This document shows positions 10,201 to 19,429 of a stretch of DNA of 43,264 bases, piece after piece. The stretch is from Escherichia phage Minorna. A model generated the notes under the pieces. The model was not told the DNA's origin and did no database searches. It saw only the letters and a list, made by a program, of their open reading frames with translations. A program made the position numbers and the translations under genes. Every line of letters starts with the position of its first letter. The first letter of the stretch is position 1. The DNA is taken from sequence record NC_048172.1. One strand, 5' to 3'.

Positions 10201-10920
10201 GGGCGCGTCCGGGTCAAACATAGGCTCACGCCCAGTGCGTGCCTTTGCTGCTGCTTTAGCAGCCTTAGACATATCCCAGAGCTGGTCTAGTCCAGCTACC
10301 CCTGCTACCAGAGCAGTGACTGCCGCAGACTGTCCCAATTGATCTTGTGCATAGACAGCTGTACCTACATCCGCTGCACGGATAGCAGTACGCACTGCTA
10401 AGCCAGCACGACCAGCGATACCCGCCGCTGACATCGGAGCCAGTATAAATGGAGCATCACCAGCCAGTGCACCGGCGAACCCAGCTACCGTGTTATCAGA
10501 CATCTGACGGTCACGGTCACGCTGTTCTAGCATAGCCTGAATGCGATAATTATAATCATCCAAGGACACCGCCCCGTGCAAGTAATCAATCTCTTCCTGA
10601 TTAGGGGTGTAGAGCTTAGCTCTGGAGTCGGTGCTTAGTTGTTTCTTAGCATCAAACCCCTGCTCTGGGATGAATGTTGGGGAGGAGGCCTTTCTAATGG
10701 CTGCAGCTATAATGCTGTTACCAACCCCAGCAGCAAAGCTTTCCCCTGCTGACGTCGCTGGGGTTTTAGCCTGGGCCAGTATAGATGAACGCTGTAGTGC
10801 ATTCAGCCCATCATCTCCTGCGTCATTCCAATCTACGCTTGCAGGCGCAGGTTTAAGTGTTGCGCCCTTAGCAGAATCCTTTTCCTGTGGATTCGGTTCT
10901 TGGTTCAGAAACTGAGCCAT
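7222..10920 (-). CDS. internal virion protein C (T7 gp16-like)
   Basis: 1232-aa ORF, third and largest of three consecutive large ORFs after tail tubular B, matching the gp14-gp15-gp16 order. Confidence 0.75.
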   Translation of the reverse strand: MAQFLNQEPNPQEKDSAKGATLKPAPASVDWNDAGDDGLNALQRSSILAQAKTPATSAGESFAAGVGNSIIAAAIRKASSPTFIPEQGFDAKKQLSTDSRAKLYTPNQEEIDYLHGAVSLDDYNYRIQAMLEQRDRDRQMSDNTVAGFAGALAGDAPFILAPMSAAGIAGRAGLAVRTAIRAADVGTAVYAQDQLGQSAAVTALVAGVAGLDQLWDMSKAAKAAAKARTGREPMFDPDAPTTRTARDANVTGVGEGDTILTKVLDEPIQVRRNNTAAVNMKAQDVVRFLKTSEHLSKGQKAILDTLGDAVQDIDFKLVAGSSNRSHYGFSPASTTDRGFISLRAPKKANGSTWTTAGDALRAMDADTSRVAVHELIHAATTRAIKQNPEIASKLEEVRAAIAADSTLSDKLKYYASDVHEMLAGLGDSPEWVEYLSRTQSPTGRSMLRQIGEYIMNALGIRTKGSALEDVLDAYEDAVKWTAKDYADQAQSFRSEAFQDLADTSVKHEALKAQAMMDTAKRKFATMFSLYDNIAEGSEDLARLLVSDATAVGGRKPSVVDFKRNLTLEMDASASVVEDAILGALKAKGVGFIDRFFHRSNFRAARADLEARLGRYLDSAYSAEVNGRPVPLPDSDLVPLVEAYRNSGWASKWHDHMTAAGLVDDGTLIKSDYYFPRQYSYDKMRQGIANGRSLDNYRDLFRQALRDVYPSMEPEVVQRVAKEMVDGIYNGRSSASGPMWKQLINGMGNDEVVMAMRNAGVDEDAIQSFLAGNVRESGATSPAKNLRQRTRFNMDKEYIVDGQVMRMQDLMDTDVAKVMHGYTNRMSGRVGMAYAGISDLKVLETMINESKHALADSGKWEKTVNDTIDFILGGAPADAGQMPDLLRAAGNMANATMLKNSGLYQLTDTALALKEFGMSRVLRSMREQPWFKEGSVAIRTPDMASRLDAILRGSIQKEMRFRWLNTYADDNLDLTRQASWFNVTQNVGQAARHVNGMSMVHRLQVNLNSGIVADELQQMFKGDAEAFKRLERFGLTREIADRAIAANKANPGAMFQPDLQMQVEVVGTRMMDYLVQQVRTGETSHFAQFNPIGKVIVGYQSFALAATNKILRRELNDAGWIGVAHIMAYQFPLMLLATMAKHGMDGKEVDTQKLIAESVMGMSAIGGISLLQDIFTGDSPRHSLASMGYVTGLLGAVQALATGDMDIQTFTKQVPLIQEFAPTRAIINNFGDD

Positions 10921-10949
10921 ATTATCTCCTAAAAGAATTTTGATAAGGG

Positions 10950-10967
10950 GAGGCCCCGAAGGGCCTC
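10950..10967 (-). promoter_or_regulatory. intergenic stem-loop with cUUCGg tetraloop (candidate attenuator / RNA processing site)
   Basis: Minus-strand RNA gaggccc-UUCG-gggccuc: 7-bp GC-rich stem closed on a UUCG loop, starting 3 nt after the stop of the gp15-like gene, followed by a moderately U-rich stretch and the GGAGA RBS of the next gene. Confidence 0.4.
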
Positions 10968-10969
10968 TG

Positions 10970-13654
10970 TTAGTGTGTTACCTCAAACATCCAGTTACGC
11001 AGTCCTTGCTCCAGATATTTCTTACGTTTAGGCTGTGCCTGCTTGTAAGCTGGAGTATTGCGCAGTGCTTGCCAAGCCTTACCTTGGGCCTCCGATACAG
11101 GATACTGGTAAGCCCCTACAGGGGTCTTAGATGCCTTACGTACCTGTGCCACGGCCTCTGCTACAGGGCCAGAACTCCCGTTGCCACCATGATAGTTCAA
11201 GTCAACCATAACCTTCAGGGCATCCGCAGAGGCGCTTAGGCCCTGCCCGCGCAGTTGCTTGTTCACGTTCGGGATGTACTGCTGCTCCAGAGAGGATTTC
11301 AGAATGCTGATACCGTCGTCGATAGTAACCTTCTTAGGAACAGGCATACCAGAGTTGTTGTGCAGACCAAAACCTACACTGCCATTACCTTTACCTTCCC
11401 GGAACCCTTCAAACTGCATGATATTGGCGAGAATCTCACTAAATAAAGAAGGTTCTACACCAGCCCCATTACGACCATTGACCTGAACACTTACAGCTCT
11501 GCCGTTGTCATGATCGTAGAAAGTAGCTGGGCGGATACCAACTTGCTCGCTGCCAATCTTCATCTCACCAGCCAGCGCCTTGTTGTAAGCATCCTGCGCA
11601 GTAGATTGAACATCCTGTAGATTCACAGACATAGTCTGAAAGGTACCCTTCTTGTCGAATACGGTGACAGTCATATTCTGTGCTGAGTTGCCTGCTGTAG
11701 CAGCCTGCACTACTACGCGCTCAAGGTTGCTTGGGTCGATTAAGGCGTTGACCTGGTTCTGAATCTGCTGCTGCAGAGACGACTTGAACTGCTCCTGGTC
11801 TCCTCGATAATCCCCCATTAGGGATTGAATAGAAGTCCCAGCTGGCAGGTACACGTGCCGAGGAGCCCCAGAGATATCTAACTCCAGCTTACGGGCTTGG
11901 ATGTTACCTTTGAGCATCGTGTTGATATCATCAGGATCCTTACCAACTAACGCCTCTGGGTTGTGATTGTATACGTACCGATACTCTTCCTCCATAGCGG
12001 CGCGCGCTTCCTGGCGCTGTGCGTCAGCTGTGCCGAAGAAGCTGAACCAATTAGCAGTGTGACTCGGATCCACCATTTTGTCTGTGGGGTTGCTACTGAT
12101 GTTGCTGTAGCGCCCGCTAGCCTTGTTACGGGCCTGGCGACGCAGGTCGTCCAGAATGGTGTTGCTAGCGTTATTGGGGTTCTGTGCAATGGCCTTCTGA
12201 ACCACCCCCTGCCACTCAGATGGGACTTCAGACAGCAGAGCCATCTTACCTAAGTCGGTACTGGTACTATACGCTTGGGCCCACAGGTTGATGCTATTGA
12301 CATTCTCCTTGGACACCTGCCCATCCTCACCTAACTGGTCCAGTGTAGTGAGGGTGCGTGCCATATCCGAGGACATGCGCTTGTGTGCTTCATTGATGGC
12401 CCACGCATCTTTACTATTGCTACCATAAGCCAGTAGCTGCAAGTTCCCCTCTGGAGTGTCTGGGAAGTTTTTGAGTACCTGTGACCGGGCCTTATCCAAA
12501 TCCCCTTTAAACATACCAGCTAAGGTGGATGTAGGAAGGTTTCCTGTGATGGCACTACGTAAAGCCTGTGTATCGGCAGTCTTCTCCCTGATAGTCTGAG
12601 CCTTGTTCCAGAACTCCATACTGGTGCCGGGGCTTAGTACATCCGTAGCAGATAGCTCAATCACGCGGTTGCGGATACGCTGCATCGTCTGCTCCTGCTC
12701 TTCTGGGGACTGCCCCTCCAGAGACTGAATTGCATCTGAGATTTCAAAGCGAGCCCGAGTCTCAATCTGAGCCCCAGCACGCTTAAATTCCTGATACAAG
12801 GCAGCATTAACGTCTACAGAGTTAACACCAAGCTCTTTAGTTGCCATTTCCTGCAACTGGTTGATGATTAGAGGGTCCTGAGTCTGCTGCGCTACACTGA
12901 CCAGATACTGCTTGGCCCGGTCCAATTTCTTGGACTTATCCAGGTGCTCAGCTGCCAGGATACTATCCAATCCTGTCTTAATTGACATCTGTGCAGCAGC
13001 ACCCTGCCCAGCATCCAGGCGCTGATAGAACTCATCAACGGAGGAGCTGAGCCCATGGTCCAGCGCACGGTCTGCTTGTACTACCGCAAACTCTGCGCGA
13101 CCCTTCTGGAAGGCCGTATAGTTCGCTAAGCTGGTTGCACGGAGCTGCTGCAGTATCGCTGTAGCGGACTGTTTGGACATATCCGGAAGATACATACCGA
13201 GCTTGTCAGACATAGCTTGAACATGCTCTTGCTCCTGCTGGTGGAATTCCTCATCAGTCAGTCCAGCCTCAGCTGCCTTCTTAGCGCGAGCAATACTATC
13301 CGTACGCCACTTAGCTAGAGAATCGTAGGCCGCAGCAGATACATAACCATCCTGGTAGGCTTCTCGTACAAATAGATTCTGCTTCTGTACTGCCTCATCT
13401 TTAGAGGCCATTGCATCTACTGCACCCTGGGCATCCATAGCACCTCGCACAGTGGCCGCTGCTGCATTTTCTTTTACTGCTGCATCAAACCCTATACCAA
13501 AGTCCTGGACGAAGCCAGAAAGTGCTGCAAGGCGGTTTGCTTTGGATGGGTCTACTGCTACATCCCCGACGGTAGAGGGTAAGTTAACCTCGTTGGCCTG
13601 CAATTGCACGCCGCCGATACTTAGACCCTGTCGGTTGGGTTGAATTACAGGCAT
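10970..13654 (-). CDS. internal virion protein B (T7 gp15-like)
   Basis: 894-aa ORF between the gp14-like and gp16-like genes; helical, Ala/Gln-rich. Confidence 0.7.
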   Translation of the reverse strand: MPVIQPNRQGLSIGGVQLQANEVNLPSTVGDVAVDPSKANRLAALSGFVQDFGIGFDAAVKENAAAATVRGAMDAQGAVDAMASKDEAVQKQNLFVREAYQDGYVSAAAYDSLAKWRTDSIARAKKAAEAGLTDEEFHQQEQEHVQAMSDKLGMYLPDMSKQSATAILQQLRATSLANYTAFQKGRAEFAVVQADRALDHGLSSSVDEFYQRLDAGQGAAAQMSIKTGLDSILAAEHLDKSKKLDRAKQYLVSVAQQTQDPLIINQLQEMATKELGVNSVDVNAALYQEFKRAGAQIETRARFEISDAIQSLEGQSPEEQEQTMQRIRNRVIELSATDVLSPGTSMEFWNKAQTIREKTADTQALRSAITGNLPTSTLAGMFKGDLDKARSQVLKNFPDTPEGNLQLLAYGSNSKDAWAINEAHKRMSSDMARTLTTLDQLGEDGQVSKENVNSINLWAQAYSTSTDLGKMALLSEVPSEWQGVVQKAIAQNPNNASNTILDDLRRQARNKASGRYSNISSNPTDKMVDPSHTANWFSFFGTADAQRQEARAAMEEEYRYVYNHNPEALVGKDPDDINTMLKGNIQARKLELDISGAPRHVYLPAGTSIQSLMGDYRGDQEQFKSSLQQQIQNQVNALIDPSNLERVVVQAATAGNSAQNMTVTVFDKKGTFQTMSVNLQDVQSTAQDAYNKALAGEMKIGSEQVGIRPATFYDHDNGRAVSVQVNGRNGAGVEPSLFSEILANIMQFEGFREGKGNGSVGFGLHNNSGMPVPKKVTIDDGISILKSSLEQQYIPNVNKQLRGQGLSASADALKVMVDLNYHGGNGSSGPVAEAVAQVRKASKTPVGAYQYPVSEAQGKAWQALRNTPAYKQAQPKRKKYLEQGLRNWMFEVTH

Positions 13655-13669
13655 TTACTTCCCCTTAGT

Positions 13670-14251
13670 TTACCAAGTGTGTACTTTACTGCTGCCTTTA
13701 CTGCCCCACAGGTCATACAAGAATGAATTATCCGCTGTAGGTTCCGAGGAGGTGTCAGTACTATCGGGAGTGCTCTTGGATAGTTCATTCCCTATGTATT
13801 GCCCGAGCAGCTGCCCACCAAAGCCCAAGGCGGCATTAAACATCTTGTCGTATCCGCTCTCCAGGTCCATATTGGCTAATCCGCTATCCACGGCCTTATC
13901 CACCATCATTCGGTAGCCCTCTTCCTGAGTGGCCTGCTGGGACCTGATTCCGGATACCTGACGATCTGCCACTGTATTCACGGTTGCTACGGCATCCTTA
14001 ACAGACGCCCCCATAGTACCGGACGCAGCAGCTTGCAGGCCTACCTGACTCTGCGCTTGCAGCTTCTGCTGTTGAACGTTGAACAGGGCAACCTCAGTCC
14101 GATCCCTGGACTGAGCACGTTGCAGCGCAATATCGTTAAGCTGCTTCGCTGTCTGCTGAATTACTGCTTTGTTACGTGCTTTGGCAACCTCAATCTGCGC
14201 CCCAGCACCAAGCAGTTTAGAGCCTGCTAAGGCGGCGACTGCCCACCACAT
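13670..14251 (-). CDS. internal virion protein A (T7 gp14-like)
   Basis: Position after tail tubular B; start set to ATG 14251 (GGAGG 7 nt upstream, TAATATG junction with the upstream stop); the track ORF is over-extended to 14308. Confidence 0.6.
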   Translation of the reverse strand: MWWAVAALAGSKLLGAGAQIEVAKARNKAVIQQTAKQLNDIALQRAQSRDRTEVALFNVQQQKLQAQSQVGLQAAASGTMGASVKDAVATVNTVADRQVSGIRSQQATQEEGYRMMVDKAVDSGLANMDLESGYDKMFNAALGFGGQLLGQYIGNELSKSTPDSTDTSSEPTADNSFLYDLWGSKGSSKVHTW

Positions 14252-14252
14252 A

Positions 14253-16631
14253 TTAAATCCTCCGTCTGCGTTGGTTGTAGCGCAGGATATAAGAGATATC
14301 CAGCACATTCAGCTCCTGAGAGCCTTTTGTATACAAAGTGATTTCGGTAGTGTCCGCGTTAGTACGGCACGGTACTGTGATGGTAGCCAAGTCCATACGC
14401 AAGGTCTGCCCCAGCGTCAGCTCCTTGGAGTTCATCAAGATACCTGTGAGTTCTCCACTCCAATCAACATCCCGGGGCGTATCCGTTACATGCACATCAA
14501 AGTGCCCAGAGTTACGTACTGCTACATCCAGACGCAGTAAGCGCACGTGCCCACTACCAACTAGCTTATCATTCTGATCCCGAAGTACTGGGGTAGTCAG
14601 AGTGAATGCGCTATTGTACCTGCGACCCAGGATATACTGCCCATCAGGAACACCCCGCACTACACTGAGCTTGTTTGTACCTGCAATATCCTTGAGACCC
14701 ACCTCAGTAGGCCCCATGGGGCTATTGGCTGGATACGTAAGGATTAAGTCCTCCTTGTATGTATCTGCCCAACCAACCGGACGCAGCACTGCTGGCACAT
14801 CTAGCACCCCTCCGCTTACGGTAACTTGCGTCTGCAAGTCCGAGTAGGCGTTCGTGTACTCCATGCCGAGGTTGTATCCCTCGCGTGGGTCCATAGACAG
14901 AATCAGGAGTTTATTGCCAGGGCTTGGCCCTTGTAAGTACAGGAACACCTCATCTTCGAGCGCCTGCACGCTCAGGATATTATACGGGAATGTCCACTGG
15001 TGCCAGGCTGCTTGCACCTTACCACCATCCTGTCCACCCCACATGAACTCATATACCAGCAGACCCTTGCGCTGTCCGGACATACGCACAAACGCCATAT
15101 TAGTGACACTGGAGTTTTGCATCTGCAGCACCCTCCCAGGGATATACCGAGGGAGGTGCACAGTCGCATCCTGCGTAGTATATTGTGAGGCAGTATACGG
15201 GGATGGGATAAGCTCCAGAATACCCGCGTAGCTGTTGTTGCGCTTGTTCGGGTAAATCACAGTCTGCCCAGCCATTACTGGCGTTACTCGGCTGTCACAT
15301 TCGTAGGTGCTAGTGATGCTAATACTGGCGTTGGTTGGAGTAAGCACTACTGACCCAGGCACCACGGCCTGCATACTGTTCGCAAACAGAACCAAGTCTC
15401 GGTTGAATTGTATAGCAGTACGGTACACGGAATCCTGGGCAGATGCCGAGCTAATGCTGATACGGTCCGTATCCAGCAGCGAAGTTACTGTAGAGCGATA
15501 GAATCGCTGATACAGCCCAGAGGCTGACATATCCACTACACTACCACTAAGCAGCACCAGACGGCCCTGGAATGCTGCTATACCTGTAATGTAGCCATTC
15601 TCAATAAACCCAGGATCCTGATTGTTTTCGTCGTTCCCAGCAAGACGCCCCTCCCATTCACGGGCAATGATGTTATCATCTGATGCCAGCTCCCTGGGCA
15701 TGTTAGTAATTTTGGAGATGCTACCATAGGCCCCAACTTCAGACCAGGTGCGGGAATTATAGTCGAACTGATACCACGCTGTCTCAGCTGAAGCTGTACC
15801 CACTTGACACATCGTGCCGTGAGCCTGTGCTGGTAGCTGTGCAGGGAGATCCTGTTCTTGATGAACCCTACTCTGCCCAGATGCCACGGCGTAGGTGTCT
15901 CCAGCAGACGTACTAACTACGAGATTAGGCAGCCCGGATATATACATATATCCCTCGAAACGGCTTATACTTCCACCAGCCGCCGTAATAGCTGAGCCTA
16001 TACCCCGACCATTAGGATCCCCGTCGATTAAGGCCCTAACTACATACGACGCGGAAACCCACTCTGCGGATTCGCTGTGACTTGCGTCAGGGGCATTGTA
16101 ATAACCTGATACGGAACCACCTGTCCAGGATACAGTAACCTCCCAGCGCTTCTGGAAGGCCACTGTCTTGATGTAGAAGAATCCCGTGGTGCTCGGGTCA
16201 ATTCGACCGGTGTTGTCCACGGTCGCATTTGGGGCCATCTCCGTATTCAGGATGTAGGTCAACCCAGCAATACTCGCAGTCTGGATAGAGGTCTGCCCTA
16301 CCGTTGTTACGAAGTACGGGTCGTTCCCGCTGTTTACAATGGATTTGCCATCCTTGGACAATAGCCACCAATTACCGTTACTGGTGTTAATCAGCAGGTG
16401 CCTACCGTCGGAACCACGCTCAACGTATTCTGTATACAGGGAGTCTAGGTCCGGATTGTCGATACTACTCTCCCATACAATCTCTGCTGGGGGTCGTCTA
16501 CGTATTCCGGATACCGGGTCACTGAGCATGTTCAGTTGCGCCCCAAGTTGCCCAGGTTGGCGCTCTCTTGGAATCTGCTGGGACACACCCTGGAGCAAAC
16601 TCTGAATGGTGCCTTCTAATGATTGCGCCAT
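14253..16631 (-). CDS. tail tubular protein B (T7 gp12-like)
   Basis: 792-aa ORF, size and position match T7 gp12 (about 794 aa), directly after tail tubular A. Confidence 0.8.
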   Translation of the reverse strand: MAQSLEGTIQSLLQGVSQQIPRERQPGQLGAQLNMLSDPVSGIRRRPPAEIVWESSIDNPDLDSLYTEYVERGSDGRHLLINTSNGNWWLLSKDGKSIVNSGNDPYFVTTVGQTSIQTASIAGLTYILNTEMAPNATVDNTGRIDPSTTGFFYIKTVAFQKRWEVTVSWTGGSVSGYYNAPDASHSESAEWVSASYVVRALIDGDPNGRGIGSAITAAGGSISRFEGYMYISGLPNLVVSTSAGDTYAVASGQSRVHQEQDLPAQLPAQAHGTMCQVGTASAETAWYQFDYNSRTWSEVGAYGSISKITNMPRELASDDNIIAREWEGRLAGNDENNQDPGFIENGYITGIAAFQGRLVLLSGSVVDMSASGLYQRFYRSTVTSLLDTDRISISSASAQDSVYRTAIQFNRDLVLFANSMQAVVPGSVVLTPTNASISITSTYECDSRVTPVMAGQTVIYPNKRNNSYAGILELIPSPYTASQYTTQDATVHLPRYIPGRVLQMQNSSVTNMAFVRMSGQRKGLLVYEFMWGGQDGGKVQAAWHQWTFPYNILSVQALEDEVFLYLQGPSPGNKLLILSMDPREGYNLGMEYTNAYSDLQTQVTVSGGVLDVPAVLRPVGWADTYKEDLILTYPANSPMGPTEVGLKDIAGTNKLSVVRGVPDGQYILGRRYNSAFTLTTPVLRDQNDKLVGSGHVRLLRLDVAVRNSGHFDVHVTDTPRDVDWSGELTGILMNSKELTLGQTLRMDLATITVPCRTNADTTEITLYTKGSQELNVLDISYILRYNQRRRRI

Positions 16632-16640
16632 AACCTCTCC

Positions 16641-17201
16641 TTAAATCATAAAGCGTGCACGACGAATACGACGTGCGAATCTGGTCTTGCTGGTACTGTA
16701 CTTCTGGTTACGCAGATGCTCTCGCAACACCAAGGACTTGTACCGCTCTGCCTCTGCAGCGTAGTTGGCGTAGTTACCGTCACTTCCGAGGTCATTCAGG
16801 TACACCTGCGCAGCAGTGTAGTTTGCAATCCACATGGCGGCATGCTCCGGAAGATCCTCAAAGTTAAGGTCCAGTACCACCTTAATCTTAACAGGGGAAT
16901 CGAAGTACTCGTCCTGCTCGACCAGGTTGTAAAGGTTTCCATCACGTACACCATACTTATTGTCGGAGCACGCATCATACACTGCTAGCTGGTTCCACGG
17001 AATTTTAATAAAACCATCAGTTGTAGGGGTAACCTCCCGCTCAACCACATTGAACCAGTAACCGGTACTGAGCAATCCTCGGCGATTACGCGCGAGCGCA
17101 GAACGTGCTAATCCCGCACTAAGGTTTGAAGTATTGATATCCATAACGCGAGATTCCCCTAGGGCTTCCAGCGTCAAATTAATGGCGTCTAACTCTCTCA
17201 T
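16641..17201 (-). CDS. tail tubular protein A (T7 gp11-like)
   Basis: Position after capsid and terminator; start set to ATG 17201 (MRELDAINLT..); the track ORF to 17321 would run through the terminator hairpin. Confidence 0.7.
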   Translation of the reverse strand: MRELDAINLTLEALGESRVMDINTSNLSAGLARSALARNRRGLLSTGYWFNVVEREVTPTTDGFIKIPWNQLAVYDACSDNKYGVRDGNLYNLVEQDEYFDSPVKIKVVLDLNFEDLPEHAAMWIANYTAAQVYLNDLGSDGNYANYAAEAERYKSLVLREHLRNQKYSTSKTRFARRIRRARFMI

Positions 17202-17246
17202 ATTTGTTCCTCTATTAAAGACCCCTAGGACCCTTAAGACAGGGAC

Positions 17247-17284
17247 AAAAAAAAAAGCCCCCGGCACCCGAAGGCACCAGGGGC
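17247..17284 (-). terminator. rho-independent terminator downstream of the capsid operon (T-phi-like)
   Basis: Minus-strand RNA gccccuggugcc-UUCG-ggugccgggggc followed by U10 (plus strand shows A10 at 17247-17256 then the hairpin): 12-bp stem including three G-U pairs, UUCG tetraloop, long U-tract. Confidence 0.85.
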
Positions 17285-17289
17285 GCATA

Positions 17290-17487
17290 TTACTCTTTAG
17301 TTTCTGTACCCGTCGCTGCATCAGCTACTGCATCAACAGCTTTGCGGGTACGCTTAGTAGCTTTACGGCCAGATTCTACCGAACCTACTTGAATGTGCTT
17401 CGCTACATCAGAGGCGGCCTTTACCGCCTCACGTTGAGCAGCGTTGGCCTGGAGAGTCTCCAGACCGAACACGGCGATTACTGCCAT
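17290..17487 (-). CDS. hypothetical small protein (65 aa) between capsid gene and terminator
   Basis: Own ATG with strong SD (tgattGGAGGttaaATG); Ala/Lys-rich; a TAA stop sits directly upstream of the ATG in this frame, so it is not a capsid frameshift extension. Confidence 0.5.
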   Translation of the reverse strand: MAVIAVFGLETLQANAAQREAVKAASDVAKHIQVGSVESGRKATKRTRKAVDAVADAATGTETKE

Positions 17488-17498
17488 TTAACCTCCAA

Positions 17499-18518
17499 TC
17501 AGACTTTGGTGGTGAAAGTGAACTTAGTCACTGCCGCTGTATCCGGACGGCGCAGACCGATGTTGTACATCGCGTAGCAGTCCAGAACGTTGTTGAACTC
17601 GCGCTGGTCATCCCAGATACGAGAAGTGAACGGCTTAGCCTCTACCGTCACCAGGGTCTTGGACTTGCTGAAAGTTACCATGCGGCACTTCGCATCATCC
17701 GCGGTAACGGTGTAAGCCGAACCCAGCGGGTGCGTACCAGCTTCGGTCGGGAACTCAGTGCACTCTACTACCGGCACACCGTTCATTTTCACAACTCGGC
17801 GATTCTTATAGCCATCGTCGTTAGTTGCGCCGAACTCGAGATTTAACAGCTTCGGATGCTCCAGCAGTCGGGAGTAGGTATCCACGTCCACCAGAGTAAT
17901 CATATCCATCAGCGGGGTCTTACGCTTGATGAGTTCATCGATACCAGCCTTGTGAGCCAGGTTGATGTTCATGGCGTTGGCTTCCATCTCAGCCTGAGTC
18001 AGCTGCTTATCCGGAGTGTTACCCGCTACGAGGATAGAGGCACCTACTTCGATACCGTCGTTGAACGCAGGCTTCAGGTGCGCTGGTGCAACCCAGGAAC
18101 GGCCCTTGATGAGCTGAATCAGGTGCGCCTGGTCGAAGGTCTCCGCGAATTCGGAACCGTTGTTCTGGCCCATCTCAGAGAGGAAGTCCGGACCAGTCCA
18201 GTCGTCCTGGTAGTCGATTGGGTTACGGATGTACAGCACCGTATCCACTACGATAATCATCTTATCGTTACGGACCGGAGTGCTATCCAGCGCTTCACCA
18301 GAACGACGACCCTTCACCGCAGAGGTATTCAGGCGGTCGATACGGTAGGTGTTAGAGCCGCTGATAGAGCGCTGGCTAGAGAGGCCTAGGAACAGCGCCT
18401 GGTACTGGAAGCGAGTGTCCACTTCGTTCTGGTACACTTCCAGGTGAATATCTACGTCGGACGCCGCGCCGCCCCAATGTGGACGAGTGTCACCAGCTTT
18501 ATAAATAGTATCTGCCAT
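17499..18518 (-). CDS. major capsid protein (T7 gp10-like)
   Basis: 339-aa ORF (T7 gp10A is about 345 aa) directly after the scaffold gene and followed by a strong terminator. Confidence 0.85.
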   Translation of the reverse strand: MADTIYKAGDTRPHWGGAASDVDIHLEVYQNEVDTRFQYQALFLGLSSQRSISGSNTYRIDRLNTSAVKGRRSGEALDSTPVRNDKMIIVVDTVLYIRNPIDYQDDWTGPDFLSEMGQNNGSEFAETFDQAHLIQLIKGRSWVAPAHLKPAFNDGIEVGASILVAGNTPDKQLTQAEMEANAMNINLAHKAGIDELIKRKTPLMDMITLVDVDTYSRLLEHPKLLNLEFGATNDDGYKNRRVVKMNGVPVVECTEFPTEAGTHPLGSAYTVTADDAKCRMVTFSKSKTLVTVEAKPFTSRIWDDQREFNNVLDCYAMYNIGLRRPDTAAVTKFTFTTKV

Positions 18519-18542
18519 GTATTACTTTCCTTTTAAATAATA

Positions 18543-19415
18543 TTAAAGACCTACGCGTTTACCGGCTTCACGGCGTGCGAGTAAATCGTGATAACGTTGA
18601 CTGAACTGCTGGGATTCCAAGCTTCGGTTCCCTGCCTCCTGACGCAGTTTAGCATACTCTACTTTGAAGTCCGCAGCGGACAAGGCATTGTTGCCAGGGA
18701 CACCACGTACCAATGGATTTGAGGTCTTGATAAGACCCATATCACGGCAGTAACCTGCCACCAACTCCGCTGCCTGTTTAAGCTCACCAGAATCAGCCAG
18801 GACACGTGCAGCCTTACGCAGAGGCTCTGGGGCCTTGGAATTAAACAGCTGCGCTGCTACCTCCCAATTCTCCTTCCCGCCTACGAGGTCATACGCTTCC
18901 TGTACAGCCTTAGTGGCTTGTCCCACCTGGTCTTCAAGATACGCCTTAGCCAGCAGCTCTGCATACGCAGCGTGCTCACCGAAGCGCTCTTTGATGAAGG
19001 CCGTATCGATTAGGTTAGGGTCCTGATACTCCAGGGCCTTACTAAGTGCCCGCACCATATCAGAGTCAGTTAACCCAGAGACTTTCTGCAACATAGCTAC
19101 ACCGGCGTCAATCGTCGGGTTGCCTGTTTGAGCCAGCTCCTGGGGCTGCTCTTTGGTGCTTTCACCACCCTTGTCATTAAGGGCCGCTTTTAGGGCTTCG
19201 ATATCCAGAGGAATCTGTGCTGGGGCTACTGCTGGAGCTACAGCAGGTGCAGGGGAATCTTTGCCCTGTTGCTGCTGCATAGAGATCTGCGCATCCTGCA
19301 CACCCTGATTATTTGGGGCGTTAAGAGGAGCGCCCAGGCCCGGAATCTTAGGGCCGCCTTGGTTCTCTACCTGGGTAGTTGTTACGTTAGTTTGAGTGGT
19401 TTCTACGCCGTCCAT
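18543..19415 (-). CDS. capsid assembly / scaffolding protein
   Basis: 290-aa acidic, Ala/Gln-rich helical protein between portal and major capsid genes. Confidence 0.7.
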   Translation of the reverse strand: MDGVETTQTNVTTTQVENQGGPKIPGLGAPLNAPNNQGVQDAQISMQQQQGKDSPAPAVAPAVAPAQIPLDIEALKAALNDKGGESTKEQPQELAQTGNPTIDAGVAMLQKVSGLTDSDMVRALSKALEYQDPNLIDTAFIKERFGEHAAYAELLAKAYLEDQVGQATKAVQEAYDLVGGKENWEVAAQLFNSKAPEPLRKAARVLADSGELKQAAELVAGYCRDMGLIKTSNPLVRGVPGNNALSAADFKVEYAKLRQEAGNRSLESQQFSQRYHDLLARREAGKRVGL

Positions 19416-19429
19416 TTATACCTCTGTTG

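Noticed and set aside
17202-17321. N-terminal 40-codon extension of the tail tubular A track ORF
   Set aside because: It would read through the terminator hairpin and A/U tract; the ATG at 17201 after the terminator is the plausible start.
17487-17530. Possible -1 programmed frameshift extending the major capsid protein into the downstream 65-aa frame (by analogy with T7 gp10B)
   Set aside because: The downstream ORF is in the -1 frame, but a TAA stop lies immediately upstream of its ATG, after the capsid stop, so no fused product can be made; it also has its own strong SD.
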